Under the pieces are notes generated by a model, which saw only the letters and a list, made by a program, of their open reading frames with translations, was not told the DNA's origin and did no database searches. Below are positions 25,172-38,939 of a DNA stretch of 64,000 nucleotides, piece after piece. Every line of letters begins with the position of its first letter. Positions within the stretch are counted from its first letter, which is position 1. Both the position numbers and the translations under genes were made by a program. Source of the stretch: Felis catus (lineage: Eukaryota); the NCBI RefSeq assembly GCF_018350175.1, contig NC_058368.1:20152001-20216000 (forward strand). Direction: 5' to 3'.

Positions 25172-26299
25172 GACATGTGGCATGCTGGATAGCCTCAGTG
25201 AGCTAGGTGAGCTCACCCTCCCACATTCCGTCCCGCAGGTGTCTGGTGATGGCCCGTTCAGCTGAGCGGGAGCATCCTGTGACCTGGTCTTGTGTTCCCA
25301 GCATCTAGCTGGGTTTCTGGCACCTACCAGGTGCTCAGTAAATGCTGGACAAATGTTAGAGCAAAGACCTGTCACCCTAGCTTCCTGTGAGCAACCTGTT
25401 GCTCACTGCTGTTGCAAGTGTGGCCTACGCTGGTTTCTTTCTCCTTCTTAATACCTCCTAGGTGCTGGGTACTGGGTTGGACGCTTTTCACATACACTGC
25501 TCACTCATCCTCCAAGGACCCTGAGAGGAAGGGACTCCTGCTCCCATCTGGCAAAGGAGGCCCCTGAGACTCAGGTGGAAGAATGTGCTTCGGTCCTGCG
25601 GCTAACTGGGGACAGAATCAGGAATGTGTTCTGATCTCTGCTTAGTAACTCGGCTCTTTGATTTTTATTTAACTTTTGAAGTTCTTCAACCACATAAGCC
25701 CCAAGTATACAGTTGCTGTTTTGAGGGCAAGGAAACAAGTGTAATATTTCTTTGAAATTCCCCCAGTGCCAGGAGTAACTGATAAATACTGTTGATTGAT
25801 CCCCATGAAAGACCTTGATATCAGACAGCTGACCAGTCTCATGACAAGCCTTTCTCTTTGAGAAACTTCATATCCACGAGTTGGCTCCAGGACCCAGAGA
25901 TGAAAGCAAGTATTATGTTTGAAGACAGGATTGGGCATCAAGTCTGTAACCCTGGAAACCTGCTTTTCCAGTAACAGCCAGCATGAGTCAAGTTCATGGT
26001 TAAGGTTCTTAATACTTTTTAACCTTCCATGCCTTGTGCACACAGAGACAGGCACTCAGCATGGATTAAAGGAGCCCAGTTAACCCCTAACTCTTCCTAC
26101 TTGGTCATTGTGCAGAAGGGGCTGCCAGGTCCTGAAGATTAACTGGTCTGGATTATCTGCCTGGGCAGATTAGCTGGCCCAAATTGGAGCAGCTGAGTGT
26201 CCCTCAGCTGAGTGGAGCTAACCGTAGGTCAGGGCAATGGGAAGTCCTGTGCAAGGGAGAAGTCTTGAGAGGCTCCTGTCCTACGTTGCGTGACACGAG

Positions 26300-26684
26300 T
26301 GTGTTTGTCTGTTTGGGCTGCTGCGACAAACCCACTACAGACCGGGTGGTTTAAACAACAGACCTTTATTCTTCCTCGCAGTTGTGGAGGCCGGAAGTCT
26401 GAGATCAAGGTGTTGGTTAGTTTCTCCTGAGGTCTTTCTCTTGGCTCGCAGATGGCTGTCCTCCTGTGTCTTCAAATGGTCTTTCCTCTGTATGTGTCGG
26501 CGTGTGTCTAACCACGTCTTCTAATGAGGGCACCAGTCAGGGGGGATTAGGGTGTAGCCTAATGACATCATTTTAACTTCATTACCTCTTCAAAGACCTC
26601 TTCGCCAACTACAGTCACGTTCAAAAGTACTGAGGTTAGGGATTCGGGATGTGCATTTTGGAGGACACAATTCAGCCCACAACA
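26300..26684. mobile_element. MaLR solo LTR (MLT1A/B-like)
   Basis: gggctgctgcgacaaa...gaagtctgagatcaaggtgttgg...gacacaattcagcccacaaca. Confidence 0.85.
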
Positions 26685-29600
26685 GTGAAATCATTGGTAC
26701 GGATACCAAAAAGGGGCTTATCATGGATGACTCCTCAGCAGTGGCCATGACCTTTGGTCCTGCAAAAGAAGCTTGTTTCCCCTGGGCGGGATCTAAGATC
26801 AAGTGCTCTCAATAACCTTTGACGTGGGAGCCTAGAATCCAAGTTATGCCCCAGGACTTAATAAGTAAGAGGATTCTTATCTTCCAAATCTCAGCTTTTG
26901 AGACTGAAAAAGAGAACTTAATAATTGTTTTAGTGTCAACAAATACAGACCAGTGTTGTCTGGCAAACTGGAGTAATTGGCCTTACTAAGAAATCATGTC
27001 ACCGTGGTTTTCTGCTCTCGAAAATCCTACATTGAGTTAGGTCAGTGTATCCCTGGCACTTAACACACAAGAACTTGTGATTTGTTTATTACTGACCTCA
27101 AGATACACTGAGTCGTATTGGATTTCTTGGTTGCAAGCAACAGAAACCAATTCTGGGCTGCTTCGAGCGGAAATAGAATTTATATCAAGGATGTTGGTGG
27201 CTTGCAAAAGCTCTCGGAGGGCCGGAGAAGCAGGCTGTGGGCACAGAGCCGGGAACAACACCCCACATCTCTGCATGGAGGCAGCCGATGAAGGCCTCAC
27301 TGGGCATACACAGCAGCCTGTGCTATCGATAGCACACGTGCTGGCCGCTCGCCCGCTACCCCTGGACCGGACAATGGAGCAGGTGCTTCCTCCCTTGCTC
27401 CTTGGCATTTCACTCTTGGCACAGCAGCCAGGATGTTCTTTAAAAGTTGCAAATCCTATCACCTCTATTCTTCCCTGGCTTCCTGTCACAGGTGGATGAT
27501 TTGGCCCCCACCTTCTCCCCGATCTTACCCTCTTTGTGCTCCATGGATACGAGCTCTTTCCACCTTGGTGTCTTTGAGTCTTGTTAGTGTCTTGCTACTC
27601 CCTCTGCCTGGGACTCTCTGCCTCAGAATGGCCAGTTTCTTCCAATTCAGGTTTCTCTTCAAAAGTCATATGGTCAGAAAACGGGCCTTACCGACCACCC
27701 AAGCCACAGAAACCCTCCCCTTCGAATGACTCCAGTCACTAGGCCTTGTGTCACTTCTCTGACATGGTGTGCATTTATTCGTTTGTATTTGTGTCTGTTT
27801 CTCAGCTCTAGAATAAGTTTCCTGTGAGCACACCTACTTGTTCCTTGCTGTCTCAGCCCCAGAACACTGTCCGACCCGGGCAAGTGTTCAGTAAATACTA
27901 GAGTTCTTCTTCCTCCACAAATGTTTGCTAAGTAAATGAAGGGGCAGCGTTTACCAGAGAGAAGCCAGGGGTTGGAGGGGACACTTTGTCTATTCCAAGG
28001 CCAGGGTGGGGGATCGAACGCTCCTGTCTTGTCTTTCTTCACTCTGTGGGAGTAGGAATGCGTCAGTCGATTTTAAGAGCCAAGACCTACATCTCCTAGA
28101 GGGAAGGATATCTGCCTGCCTTCTAGGATGGTAGAAAGGGCTGACCCTCCTGCACTCCTCGTCCAAGGAGTGAAGCACTGGCCTGGGAAAATGGCCCCAA
28201 AAGAGGCTTATTTTATTCGTTTTGTTTTAACTTTTTCTGCAGAGTGAGCTCATCTCACAGGCCTGCAGGCTTAGAATACCAATATCTGGCTCCACCCTGC
28301 CAGCTTTGGGTTAAGCGGTCTGGGGTGGGGCCTGAACTTCCCTAGAGGTGAACACAACTCCTCTGGTGATTCTCAGAAGAGGCCAACTTCAGAAGCAGTG
28401 GCAGAGATCAGGCTCCTCAAACCTTAACAGCTTGAGAATCCCCTGGGGGTGCTTCTTGGACAGCAGATTCCCATCCAGCAGTGTTCTACCGAGCTTCCGG
28501 GGACTATGGCCAGCTCTCGGACCTCTGAGTGTCCAGGGTCTAGAGCTGCCCAAAGGTAGCTGTAGAAGAACTTGAGAAGGGAGCCGGAAGCTCTAATTTG
28601 GCCTTGAGTGCTTCAACCAGCTGCTTCTGGAGGGCCCTGCCTTTCAAAGGTATGGGGATTTGCCCACTCATTAATGACATTTTGGTTCCAATTTTGCCAG
28701 CATGATGTTCGTGCCCGTATGTGCACTTCCTCTAATGGGCAGAATTCCCTAGTCGAGGTGGGATCCCAGGGCACAGCTGATTCTCCACCAAGGTGCAATC
28801 CAATGGTAATAAGTCAAAACTTCACTTCTAACCCTTGACACACAGTATGTCAGACTTCCAAGACTGGCCTACTGAGGCACACTCGATCAAGCATTTTTTG
28901 CTTTCTCAGGTTTGCATACAGGCCTCCGATGTATCCGTACCCGTGTTCCGCATCTCCGCTTTACTGGGACCACAGTGGATACCCCAAGCCCTAGAGAACA
29001 CCAGGTGGATGCTCTCAGTTCTGACTGCTTCTCAGGACCAAATGGGGTCTTGTTCTTCATTTCTGGGTCCTTCTGATGTTCATAGTCCCCAGCCTCTGTC
29101 TTCTGGACCCTTCCCTAGGAATTTTCCAGCAACTTAGCCTGAAACAGTAAGTTCCATCCATCATTTTGCCCCAGGCACCTAATACATTACCTGGAATAAT
29201 CCTCCCCCAGTAAAGAACTGAAGGAATGAATGACCTCCTCTGCTCTGGTCTCCAGTCTGACCCCAAGCACAGTTTCCTTTAACTGTTGTTTTGTTTTTGA
29301 GTAAGAGGCTTCTGTTTTGCCCATAATTATGCTGACTGGTATTAGGCTTTAGGCTAGTGAGGGGGCACAGTATAGTTCTTGGGAAAACCTTAGTGATTAC
29401 ACGTTAGACATTTGTAATCATTGCAATTTTTCATGGAATTTACCAGCCGTCGTCCCAATCAGTGGTTCTCAGTCCTGGCTGTACTTTAAAACCACCTGAG
29501 CAAGGGGTACAACTCTAGATGTTGGGCTTCCACACAAACCAGTGGAAACTTGACCTCTGGTTTGAGCCTTGGGGATCTCCACAGATAATTGTGCAGCCCA

Positions 29601-29750
29601 CTAAAGGCAGAGATCCTCTGATCTAATAAGAGTGAGACTGCCAGGAGCTTGGTGTGGTGGTTATTCCAGGAACACCTTCCAGAAGCGCATGGGAGTGGTT
29701 GGGCTGCTTCCAGCAGGCTGTGTGTGTGCCAACTGCCCCATGTCTTACAA

Positions 29751-29930
29751 CAGTGGTTCTTAAAACGGGGTCCCAGGGCCAGGAGCCTCAGCATCAGCTG
29801 GAAACCTGTTGGAAATGGAAATTTCCAGTCCAGACCTGCTGAAGCTGAAACTCTAGGGCTGACACCCAGCAATCTGCATTTTAACAAGTTCTCCAGGTGA
29901 TTCTATTGCAGGCTCACGTTTGAGAACTGT
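29751..29930. mobile_element. MER5A-like hAT-Charlie MITE
   Basis: cagtggttct start, tttaacaagttctccaggtgattct, tttgagaact end. Weaker relatives near 23170-23320, 28290-28400 and 29460-29620. Confidence 0.8.
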
Positions 29931-30546
29931 TCGAGGCCAAAAGGCGCATCCGTGGCACCTGGAGGAAGTCTGCCTTGCAGGTGTCTTCTCCTTTCCTCCA
30001 GCTACACTGTGTCTTGCTGGGCTTATCAGACCCAAATCCATCCATGCAACCAATATCAAGCCTCTGCTACGGCTAGCTATTATCGTAGGCTCCAGAGATG
30101 CAAAGGTCCGCTCCTCACGGAACTCAGTCTATTGAGGAGGACGTATTATTTCAAAGCAATAGCCCAACGCATAATCAACAGTGAAATCTGAAAGACTAGC
30201 TTATGATGGGGGATGTGATCCAATTTGAGAGGACCGTCTTCTCCAAGGAAGTGACCTTTGAACTGGGGCCCTAAGATTGGCATGAGTTAGGGATGTTTGG
30301 GGAAGAGGGATTCGGAAGTGGGAAGGGCATGTACTAAGGCCGTGCAGTGGGTGACCCATGACCTACCCACGGTGCCGAAAGAGGCCAGTGTGGTGGGAGT
30401 AGGGTTGCTGAGCATGGGACAGAGGGCAGTAGAGCAGCGAGTAGCTGTAGTGGTACCTATAGTGGCCGTGGTTGTGTGTGTATATACACACACATATGTA
30501 TACACCTTATTTAGAGTACATGTATGTAGTATATATAGTAGCTATA

Positions 30547-30579
<33 letters not shown>

Positions 30580-31909
30580 CACTGGGTGTATATTTGAGCC
30601 CCAGCTCAAATGACACATTAGTAGTATATACAGTGGCTCTATTAGTATGGCCGCTGGGTCCCTGCGGTTACCCTCTTCTAGGATCACAACCCCTCATTAT
30701 GCCCTAGATGCGATTTTTTGCATCACTGCTAACTCCACAGCCTTGGAGCCGTCTTGGAGCCTTTCACCCACCAAGTTCCCCTCATTTTGCGGTAATGACA
30801 GACCCTGGGAAAAGTGCAGATTGGATTAGCACGCAGTGCTGTTATTTCAGCGCCCTGGGGATTCACAGCTGTGAGTCACAGCTGTGAAAAGCTGGTTCAG
30901 TCCCACTCCCTTTCTGTAAATCAGCAATGACCTAAACAAACTAACCTCAATGCCCAGGAAATTTAGCTGGAGACAGTGCTCTGAAAGCTGAAAGGCACTG
31001 GACAAAATTGAAACGTTGATGGTTCTCAGAAGCCAAAGCTGAAAGCCAGAATCTATTGATTTGTATGTCTAGCCCCTCCGGAGCTCCAATTTCTCATGGA
31101 AATTGCTATTCAAAATTGTTTAAATGGGAACGCTATTGTGCTCCAGTCTCACTGGAGAATTCCATCTTACCAAGAGACTGACTTTGCAGGTCTAATCTTT
31201 GTGTAGTATTTTCAAATTAAACATCAACGCGATGCACTCTTTTTGCTCCTAAGAGAAGGAAGATGTAGTGTGAAATTCCTCAGGAATTCCTTGAGGAAGT
31301 CACAGGGTATCGAAGGAGAAGTTGCGGGTTCCCAGCGGCCCCGGCCAGTGAGAAGCACTCCCAGGAGCAGCTGAATGAAATAGGACACAAGTGTGTGGGA
31401 GGGACCGATTAACTCTGATCTGTCTGGGGAGGTGATAAATGAAGCATCATTTCCTTGGTCTTCTCAGACTCTATTTCTTCCATTGCTTTGAGTTGCCTTG
31501 TGGATCGAGAGGTGATGGAGGACAGGAGAGGTGAGTAGAGCGGAAGAACCCTTTGCATCTGAACTGGAGGGAAATGCAGGCTAGAGCAAAACCTAGTGAG
31601 CTGCTAGAACAAAAAGGAGCTGGGGAGGGGCAAAGGCACGGAACGCCTGTGGTGGGCTGGTTTGAGAGGGCTTCTCTGAAGAGAATCATGATGTGGTGTG
31701 AGACCCACACCTGGGAACAATGGCCGAAACTTGTGCAAAATTACACATTGGCCAAAATGGTGAATTAGCAAAAATGAATTTGCCCTTTTCCCTTTCAGAT
31801 GTCAATTTTATTTTGCCACAGGGGCAGTGAGCAATATTTCATGGGTTATTAAGCACTGCCCTATTAGAATGTTGACCATTTTGAATAGTTTTGGATTTTG
31901 TTTTTATTA

Positions 31910-32119
31910 TTTAAAAAAATTTATTAATCTTGAGAGAGACCTAGATGGCATGAGTTGGGGGGCAGGGAGCAGACAGAGAGGGGGAGAGAAAGAATCCCAA
32001 GCAGCCTCTGCCCATCAGCACAGAACCTGACATAGGGCTCGATCCCATGAAACTGTGAGATCAGGACCTGAGCCAAAACCAAGAGTTGGATGCTTAACCG
32101 ACTGAGCCCCCAGGTGCTC
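31910..32119 (-). mobile_element. Can-SINE
   Basis: Reverse SINEC motifs; flanking gattttgtttttat repeat. Confidence 0.85.
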
Positions 32120-32378
32120 CAGATTTTGTTTTTATAATGTCTTATTTCTAGTACAATGTCAGGCAATTGTGACTCTTAATTGCTAGTCAGCGTTTTCACG
32201 AATTCTTAAAATACTGTATTTTTGCTGTTAGGGAATTCTCCATCTGGAAAAAAAAATTAAAAACTGCTTCTGATCACCTCAGGTTTTCATAGCATCTGTA
32301 GAACTCTTGAATGGACATAAAAGCATTTTTTCCCATTTTCTAAGTGGATATTGTTTTAAACAGTTGGTCAATTTTTAA

Positions 32379-32487
32379 TAGGGTGATAGCTATCCCAGGT
32401 TGTCTGGGAGTGAGCATTTTTCCCAGGACGTGGGACTTTTCATGCTAACACTGGGAGAGTCCTGGAAAACAGATGGTAGTCACCCTA
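32379..32487. mobile_element. MER81-like hAT-Blackjack MITE
   Basis: TIRs TAGGGTGA 32379-32386 and TCACCCTA 32480-32487; internal tcccaggacgtgggacttttcatgctaa; ~110 bp. Confidence 0.75.
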
Positions 32488-33014
32488 GGTAGCAATGGTT
32501 GCTGGGGCAGAGATGGCCAGCTTGCCCCCAAACATTCCAATTTTCCTCTCACAGTGTCACATTTTTGCCCAGCCAGGGACACATCCCCAGCCTCCCTTGC
32601 ATTCAGGGGCTGCCCCTTGACTGCTTCTCCTCAATGGCTGTAATGTGAGCACAGGTGATGTGGAAACAAGTGCTCCTCCACCTTCTTCTATATTCCCTGG
32701 ATGTTGACACCCAGGGCAACCTTGGAAATGTCACATATTGAAGACGGCAGAGCCACTGTTGACCTGATTAGTGACTGACTACGTGAGGCCAATGCCCCTT
32801 CCACCCACCTTGCCACCCTTGCCGTGGGGCTTTGTATAAGCCAGACACCGTTTCTATTGGGTTAAGCCAGTGAGGTATCATGATTCCAGCAATTGGTGTT
32901 ATCATAATTTATACAGTTCTCCAAGCCTTTTGGGGTGTATTTTTTTTTAACATTTTGATTACATGTTCTTTAAAAAAAAATCCTTAAACTAACCCCTTCC
33001 CGTATAAAAAAAAA

Positions 33015-35518
33015 GTTGACCCATTTCTCCTACCTCCCACCCCCTGCCTCTGACAACCTCCAATCTGTTCTCTGTATCAATGCGTTTGGCTACTGATTTC
33101 AATTCCACATATTAGGGAGATCATACAGTATTTGTCTATCTGTTTGACTTCCTTTGCTTAGCATAATGAGGTCCATACATGTCACGAATGGCAAGATTAT
33201 GGCTGAATAATATTCCCTTGTGTGTGTATGTGTGTGTACATGCATGTGTGTACACGAATGTGTGTTTAGATACATATACACATGGATACACTTACTGCAC
33301 ACATCCATCTATTCATTCATTCATTCATTGGTGGACACTTAGGTTGTTTCCATATCTTGGCTACTGTGAATAATACTTCAATAAACATGGGGTTGCATAT
33401 ATATTTTTGAGTTTTGTGGGGTTTTTAAGATAAATACCTAGGAGTGGAATTGCTAGATCATATGGTAGTTTCATTTTTCAATTTTTGAGGAACCTCCATA
33501 CTGTTTTCCATAATGGCTGCACTGATTTACGTTCCTACCAACCTTTTCTCCACTTCCTCATCAACTCTTGTTATTTCTAGCCTTTTTGATAATAACCATT
33601 CTAACAGGTGTGAGGTGATATCACTGTGGTTTTGATGTGCATTTCCTTGATTAATGATGCAGAGCCTCTTTTCGTGTACCTGTTGGCCATCTGTATGTAT
33701 TCATTGGAAAAATGTCTCTTCAGATCTGCCCATTTTAATTGGATTTTTGTGTGTGTGTGATGGAGTTTTAGGAGTTATGTATTTTGGATATTAGCCCCTT
33801 ATCAGATATGATTTGCAAATATTTTCTCCCACTTAGTAGGTTGCTTCTTTTGTTTCATCAGTTTCTTTTGCTGTGCAGAAGCTTTTTAGTTTGACATAGT
33901 CCTGCTTATTTTTGTTTTTGTTGCTTTTGCTTTGGGCATCAGATTAAAAAAAAAATCATTGCCTAGACCTATATCAAGAAGTTTACTGTCTGTGTTTTCT
34001 TTTCTTTTCTTTTTCTTTTATTTTACAGAATACATGCAAGTGGGAGAGAGGGGCAGAGGGAGGAGGGAGGGAGGGAGACAATCCATGCTAGCATGGAGCC
34101 TGACGTGGGGCTTGGTCCCATGATCCTTGGATCACGACCTGAGCCGAAATCAGGAGTTGGGCACTCAACCAACTGAAACACCCAGGCGTCCTGTCTGTGT
34201 TTTCTCCCAGGAGTTTTTTTTTTTTTTTTCTCCTAGGAGTTTTAAAGTTGCATGTCTTATGTTCATATCTTTGGTCCATTTTGAGTTTATCTTTGTGTTT
34301 CGTAAAGATAGTGGTCCAGTTTCATTCTTTTGTGTGTGGGCTACCCAATTTTCCCAGCACAATTACTTTGTTGAGTTTTAAAATTTAAATTCCAGTTAAC
34401 GTACAGTATTATATTAGTTTCAGGTATACACTATAATGATTCGACAATTCTATACATTACTCAGTGCTCTTCATAAGTGTACTTTTTTTTTTTAAAGTTT
34501 TATTTTTATTTTTGAGACAGAGACACAGCATGAATGGGGGAGGGTCAGAGAGAGGGAGACACAGAATCTGAAACAGGCTCCAGGCTCTGAGCTGTCAGCA
34601 CAGAGCCTGACGCGGGGCTCGAACTCACGGACTGCGAGATCATGACCTGAGCTGAAGTCGGACGCTTAACCGACTGAGCCACCCAGGAGCCCCGTAAGTG
34701 TACTTTTAAGCCCCATCACCCGTTTCACCCATCCCACCCACCTCCCCTCTGGAAACTATCATTTTGTTCTCTATAGTTAAGAGTCTGTTTCTTGGTTTGT
34801 TTGTCTCCCAACACAATTTATTAAAGAGACCATCTTTTCCCCATTGAACATTCTTGGCTCCACTGATGTAAATTGACCACATATATGTGGGTTTATTTCT
34901 GGGCTCTCTATTCTGTGCCATTGATGTATATGTGTGTTTTTATGATAATACCGTACTGTTTTAATCACTAGAGCTTTGTAATACAATTTGAAAGCAGGGA
35001 GCATGTGGTCATCGGCTTTGTTGTTCTTTCAAGATTTCTTTGGCTCTTCAGGGTCTTCTATGGTTCCATACAAATTTTAGGATTGTGAGTTCTATTTCTG
35101 TTAAAAATGCCATGGGGATTTTGATGAATTGCATTGAATCTGTAGATTGGCTTGAGTGATATGGACATTTTAACAAAATTTTTCTAATCCATGAGCACAG
35201 AGTATCTTCCATTTATTCGTGTCTTCCTCAATTTCTTTCCCTAATGTTTTATAGATTTCCATATGTCTTTCACCTCCTTGGTTAAGTTTATTCCTAGATA
35301 CTTGATTCTTTCTGATGCAATTATAAATGAGATTGTTTTCTTAATTTCTCTCTGATCGTTCATTATTGGTGTAGAGAAATGCAACAGATTTTTGCACACT
35401 TGGTATCCTGCATCTTTATTGAATTCATTCTAATAAGGTTTCTATATATAATATGTCATCTCTAAATAGTGACAATTTTACTTATTCCTTTCAAATGTGG
35501 TGACTTCTATTTATTTGT

Positions 35519-35565
<47 letters not shown>

Positions 35566-35757
35566 TTTCTTGCTTAATTGCTCTGGCTAGGACTTCCAGT
35601 ACTGTGTTGAATCAAAGTGGCAATAGTGGGAATTCCTGACTTGTTTGGGATCTTAGAGGAAAAGCTCTCAGTGTTTCACCCCGGAGTGTGATGTCAGCTG
35701 TGGGCTTGTTATATTTGGTCTTTATTATGCTGAGGTATGTTCCTTCTAATCGTCTTT
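33015..35757 (-). mobile_element. Truncated L1 (L1MA/L1_Carn-like) with a nested SINE (~34010-34190) and a short L1 3' end (34365-34805) that itself carries a SINE (34487-34693)
   Basis: Degenerate ORF2 fragments on the minus strand. TSD TCCCA(G/A)CACAATT at 34352-34364 and 34806-34818. TSD TAAGTGTACTTTT at 34474-34486 and 34695-34707. Confidence 0.85.
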
Positions 35758-35762
35758 AAGAG

Positions 35763-35802
35763 TTTTCTTTTCTTTTCTTTTCTTTTCTTTTCTTTTCTTT
35801 TC

Positions 35803-35836
<34 letters not shown>
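35763..35836. repeat. (TTTTC)n pentanucleotide microsatellite ending in poly(T)
   Basis: About 12 units read directly. Confidence 0.95.
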
Positions 35837-36480
35837 ACCTTTTTTTATATATTCTCTTTAAATGAAAAGTCTAGGGAGTTTTAACAATTACAAAAACCAT
35901 TAATGATCTTCTACGGTCACCATTTGGTAGGACTTTTGCTGCCTGAACTGAAGACTGAAGCTACCTCATGTGGATTCAGATTCAGCCTGAACTTTGATAA
36001 AGAATTCTAAGAGCAAGAGTGGTGGGCATATCAATAAGAGAAAGGCCAACTGGCAGATATCTGATAGGGGCAGAGATAATAGAAAGATAGGAGAACACTG
36101 TGGTTAATAGCGATCGTTCCATTCAACCTTTGACATAAGGCATTTACTAGCCTTTACCCCGGGCTAATGAAAACTGTGTGTGAACTATATCTATACTCCA
36201 AGTCTAGAATTCTCTAGAAACCTGAGTAGAGCTGACAGCTCTGTAAGCACTGAGGGTATCAGCAGTCACTTTACCAACCAGACTTTCACTTAGATTTTTT
36301 TTTTTAAGGCCTGAGAATAATGATGCTTACCTTTATAAATTGAGACAGTGTATTTAAAAATACCTAGCAACATCTGACAGTTAGTAGGGGCCCCATAAAT
36401 ATCATTTTCCTTCTTTCTTTGCAAAAGCAAAATGGCATTCATTTTTCCCCCTTACTCACATGATTTAAACGTTCCAGTGT

Positions 36481-36830
36481 TGTGTATCCATCCCTGAGAA
36501 GCAGATGCTAATATGAGATTGGTTTTGCAGGAGATTCATGGGGGAAGTGGGGAGAGAGAGAGAGAGAGTGCGTGCGAGCAGGAGGTCAGAGAGCCTTCCT
36601 TGGACTGTGATGCTGATCTGGACCCCCAGGAGAAGAGAAAGGGAGGAGAGAGACCTTGAGAGTTTGCTGCACCTCTGAGAAGTTCTTGGCCAGACAACAA
36701 CGGAAGCCCAGAGCAGTGAGTGCCCCACAGAGGATCCTGCGATGGGGAGGGAGGCCCGGCATTTGCTTCTTGGGAACCGCTCTGCATCCAGAGGGTGAAG
36801 CAGCTGCCCGCCAGCTACGTTGCCTGCAAC
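36481..36830. mobile_element. Ancient ERVL LTR fragment (LTR16-like)
   Basis: gagaagcagatgct...tgcaggagattcatgggg resembles the LTR16 family start. Confidence 0.4.
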
Positions 36831-37471
36831 CGCAGCTCCCTGGAAGGGAGAATTGAATGGTGCATCCCCATCATTGTCGGCCGTTTAGAGAATTCCCCCC
36901 CCCCCCACCGCCCCCCAAATGCGCAGGGAAAAACTGTTGAGGGTTTCTCACAGATTTTAGGTTACAGCTAAAACCAAACCTTCAGTAGCTGAACAGAACA
37001 AACTGGTGGCAAGTCCTGCTAGGAATGATTAGATTTTGCATAATAATAGCCTGTAGGTAGAAAAAGCCTCTCCGGTGAGAACATTTAAAGCCGCACAGCA
37101 GCCTGGGAATTCGAGGCTGCCTGGCAGAAGCTGGGTTAATGTCAAATCCTACAGATGAGACCACAAAGTGTATCACTCAGCGGAAGTTCTGTCACTGAGA
37201 GAATTAAGTCTTCTAATTAATTCTCGGCTTTTAAGATATGAAATGAGAAGTGCACAGAGGCCTCAAGCATGTTGGGAGAGTGCTAGCACTCGATCTGCAG
37301 ACGGAGGCGGATGCAGATTCCGTGGGGGGAGGGGGAACCTATTTTGTTCTGTATGCCCCAAAGAGACAAAGGCGGAGAAGGGAGCTAATGGGGGATGTAA
37401 TGACCTGGGCTTTGTTTCCAGGGTTTTCGCAGATTCAAGTTACTTGGCTGATCTGGATGTCAGTCTGGTGT

Positions 37472-37502
<31 letters not shown>

Positions 37503-37575
37503 GGTAGCTGTTCCGTACTTCTGACTTTCCCACGGCAGATTGGCAAATTTAAATTTTAGATTGACTGTGGATTCC

Positions 37576-38700
37576 AGGTGTAAGTCCAAGTTTTCTGGGG
37601 CCTGAAGCTTACATCATTTGTGGGAACCCTTTTTAGACAAAGGATAGAAAATACTTAAAATTAGGTAAGCAGATGGATACTTAGAATGAAGAAAGAAATC
37701 AGCAAATCACAAAATGTGAATATCTGACAAATAGCACCAATCACAAAATCCAGAAAAATAACCTAATGTTTTCATGAACAAAGGACCTGAGGTGCCTCTA
37801 TAATACTTTATCCTACATTTTTGTCTATAATACTTTATCCTGTGTTTTTTGGTCGTATGCTTTTGTCCACCTCCTCCTGTAACAGTGATTTTGTAAGATA
37901 TACGAAATCGTGTTCTCTTTTATAAATAAGGTAACTTAGGGGCACCTGGGGTGGCTGGCTCAGTTAAGCGTCTGCCTCTTCATTTCAGCTGGGGTCATGA
38001 TCTCACAGTTGGGGGGTTCGCTAGGGCTTTGCTCTGACAATACAGAGCCTGCTTGGGATTCTCTCTCTCCCTCTCTCTCTCTGTCTCAAAAATAATCTTA
38101 AAAAAATAATTTAGACCTCCTGTAGTATGCTTGATCAAAAAGTTTTTTCCCCAGTTGTATTGATGTTGACCTATAAAATGAAATTTTAATTGATGGTTGG
38201 GACGTATAAAACATGTGACCTCACATCCCGAGGTACAAAGTGTTTGCGTTATTGCTATAGGTTTGTGTGTTATGAACGCAGGAATTCTATTTCATAGAAT
38301 TGCCATAGGAAAGAAAAATGTGGTATGTTTATAATTGTATTATTGAGTATATTCCTTATAAGAGAGAACTTCTCTTTTGGTGAAGCATCTGAAAACTGAC
38401 TTCCCGGCTTGTATTTATATGTCTGGGGGTTGGAAGGATTTTCTCCACACAAGCTCCCAGCTTGGACCTTTTCAAACCGTGTTTCTTCCCTACCCCACAA
38501 GAGTCGGTGGTGTTAGGTGCCAAAGAAGACCCATCACCATGTCGATGTGACCCCTGGCCTTGTGGGCTGATCGGGGCCTTCCAGAGAGTCTGTCTTAACC
38601 ACTGTGACAGCACGACTTAATTATACATGGGAGGGACTTCACAACAACACATAAATATATCCCACTAGACCCGAACGAAATGGATCCTCAGTTTAACTCT
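37576..38700. mobile_element. hAT-Tip100 DNA transposon fragment (Zaphod-like) with a Can-SINE at ~37939-38106
   Basis: ccaagttttctggggcctgaagcttac...tcacaaaatccagaaaaataac...cctctataatacttt resembles my recollection of the Zaphod/MER115 terminus. The right boundary is approximate. Confidence 0.6.
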
Positions 38701-38939
38701 TTTAGAAAAGAGTTAGAGTTTTAGAAAAGGTAGTACAAGGTTGCAAAATTAAAGAGGCAAAGAAGAGAATAAATGCAAAATACGGTCTCATTCCTGTGTC
38801 TCCAACACCCAGGTCTGCCACGCTGAGATAACCTGAGGCACAAATTTTCTGAGGCCGGAGAGTACTGGTCTCTTGTGTTTCTGTTTTATTCATGCCAACA
38901 ATTATGTGTATATATACATATATATGTATATACACAATC

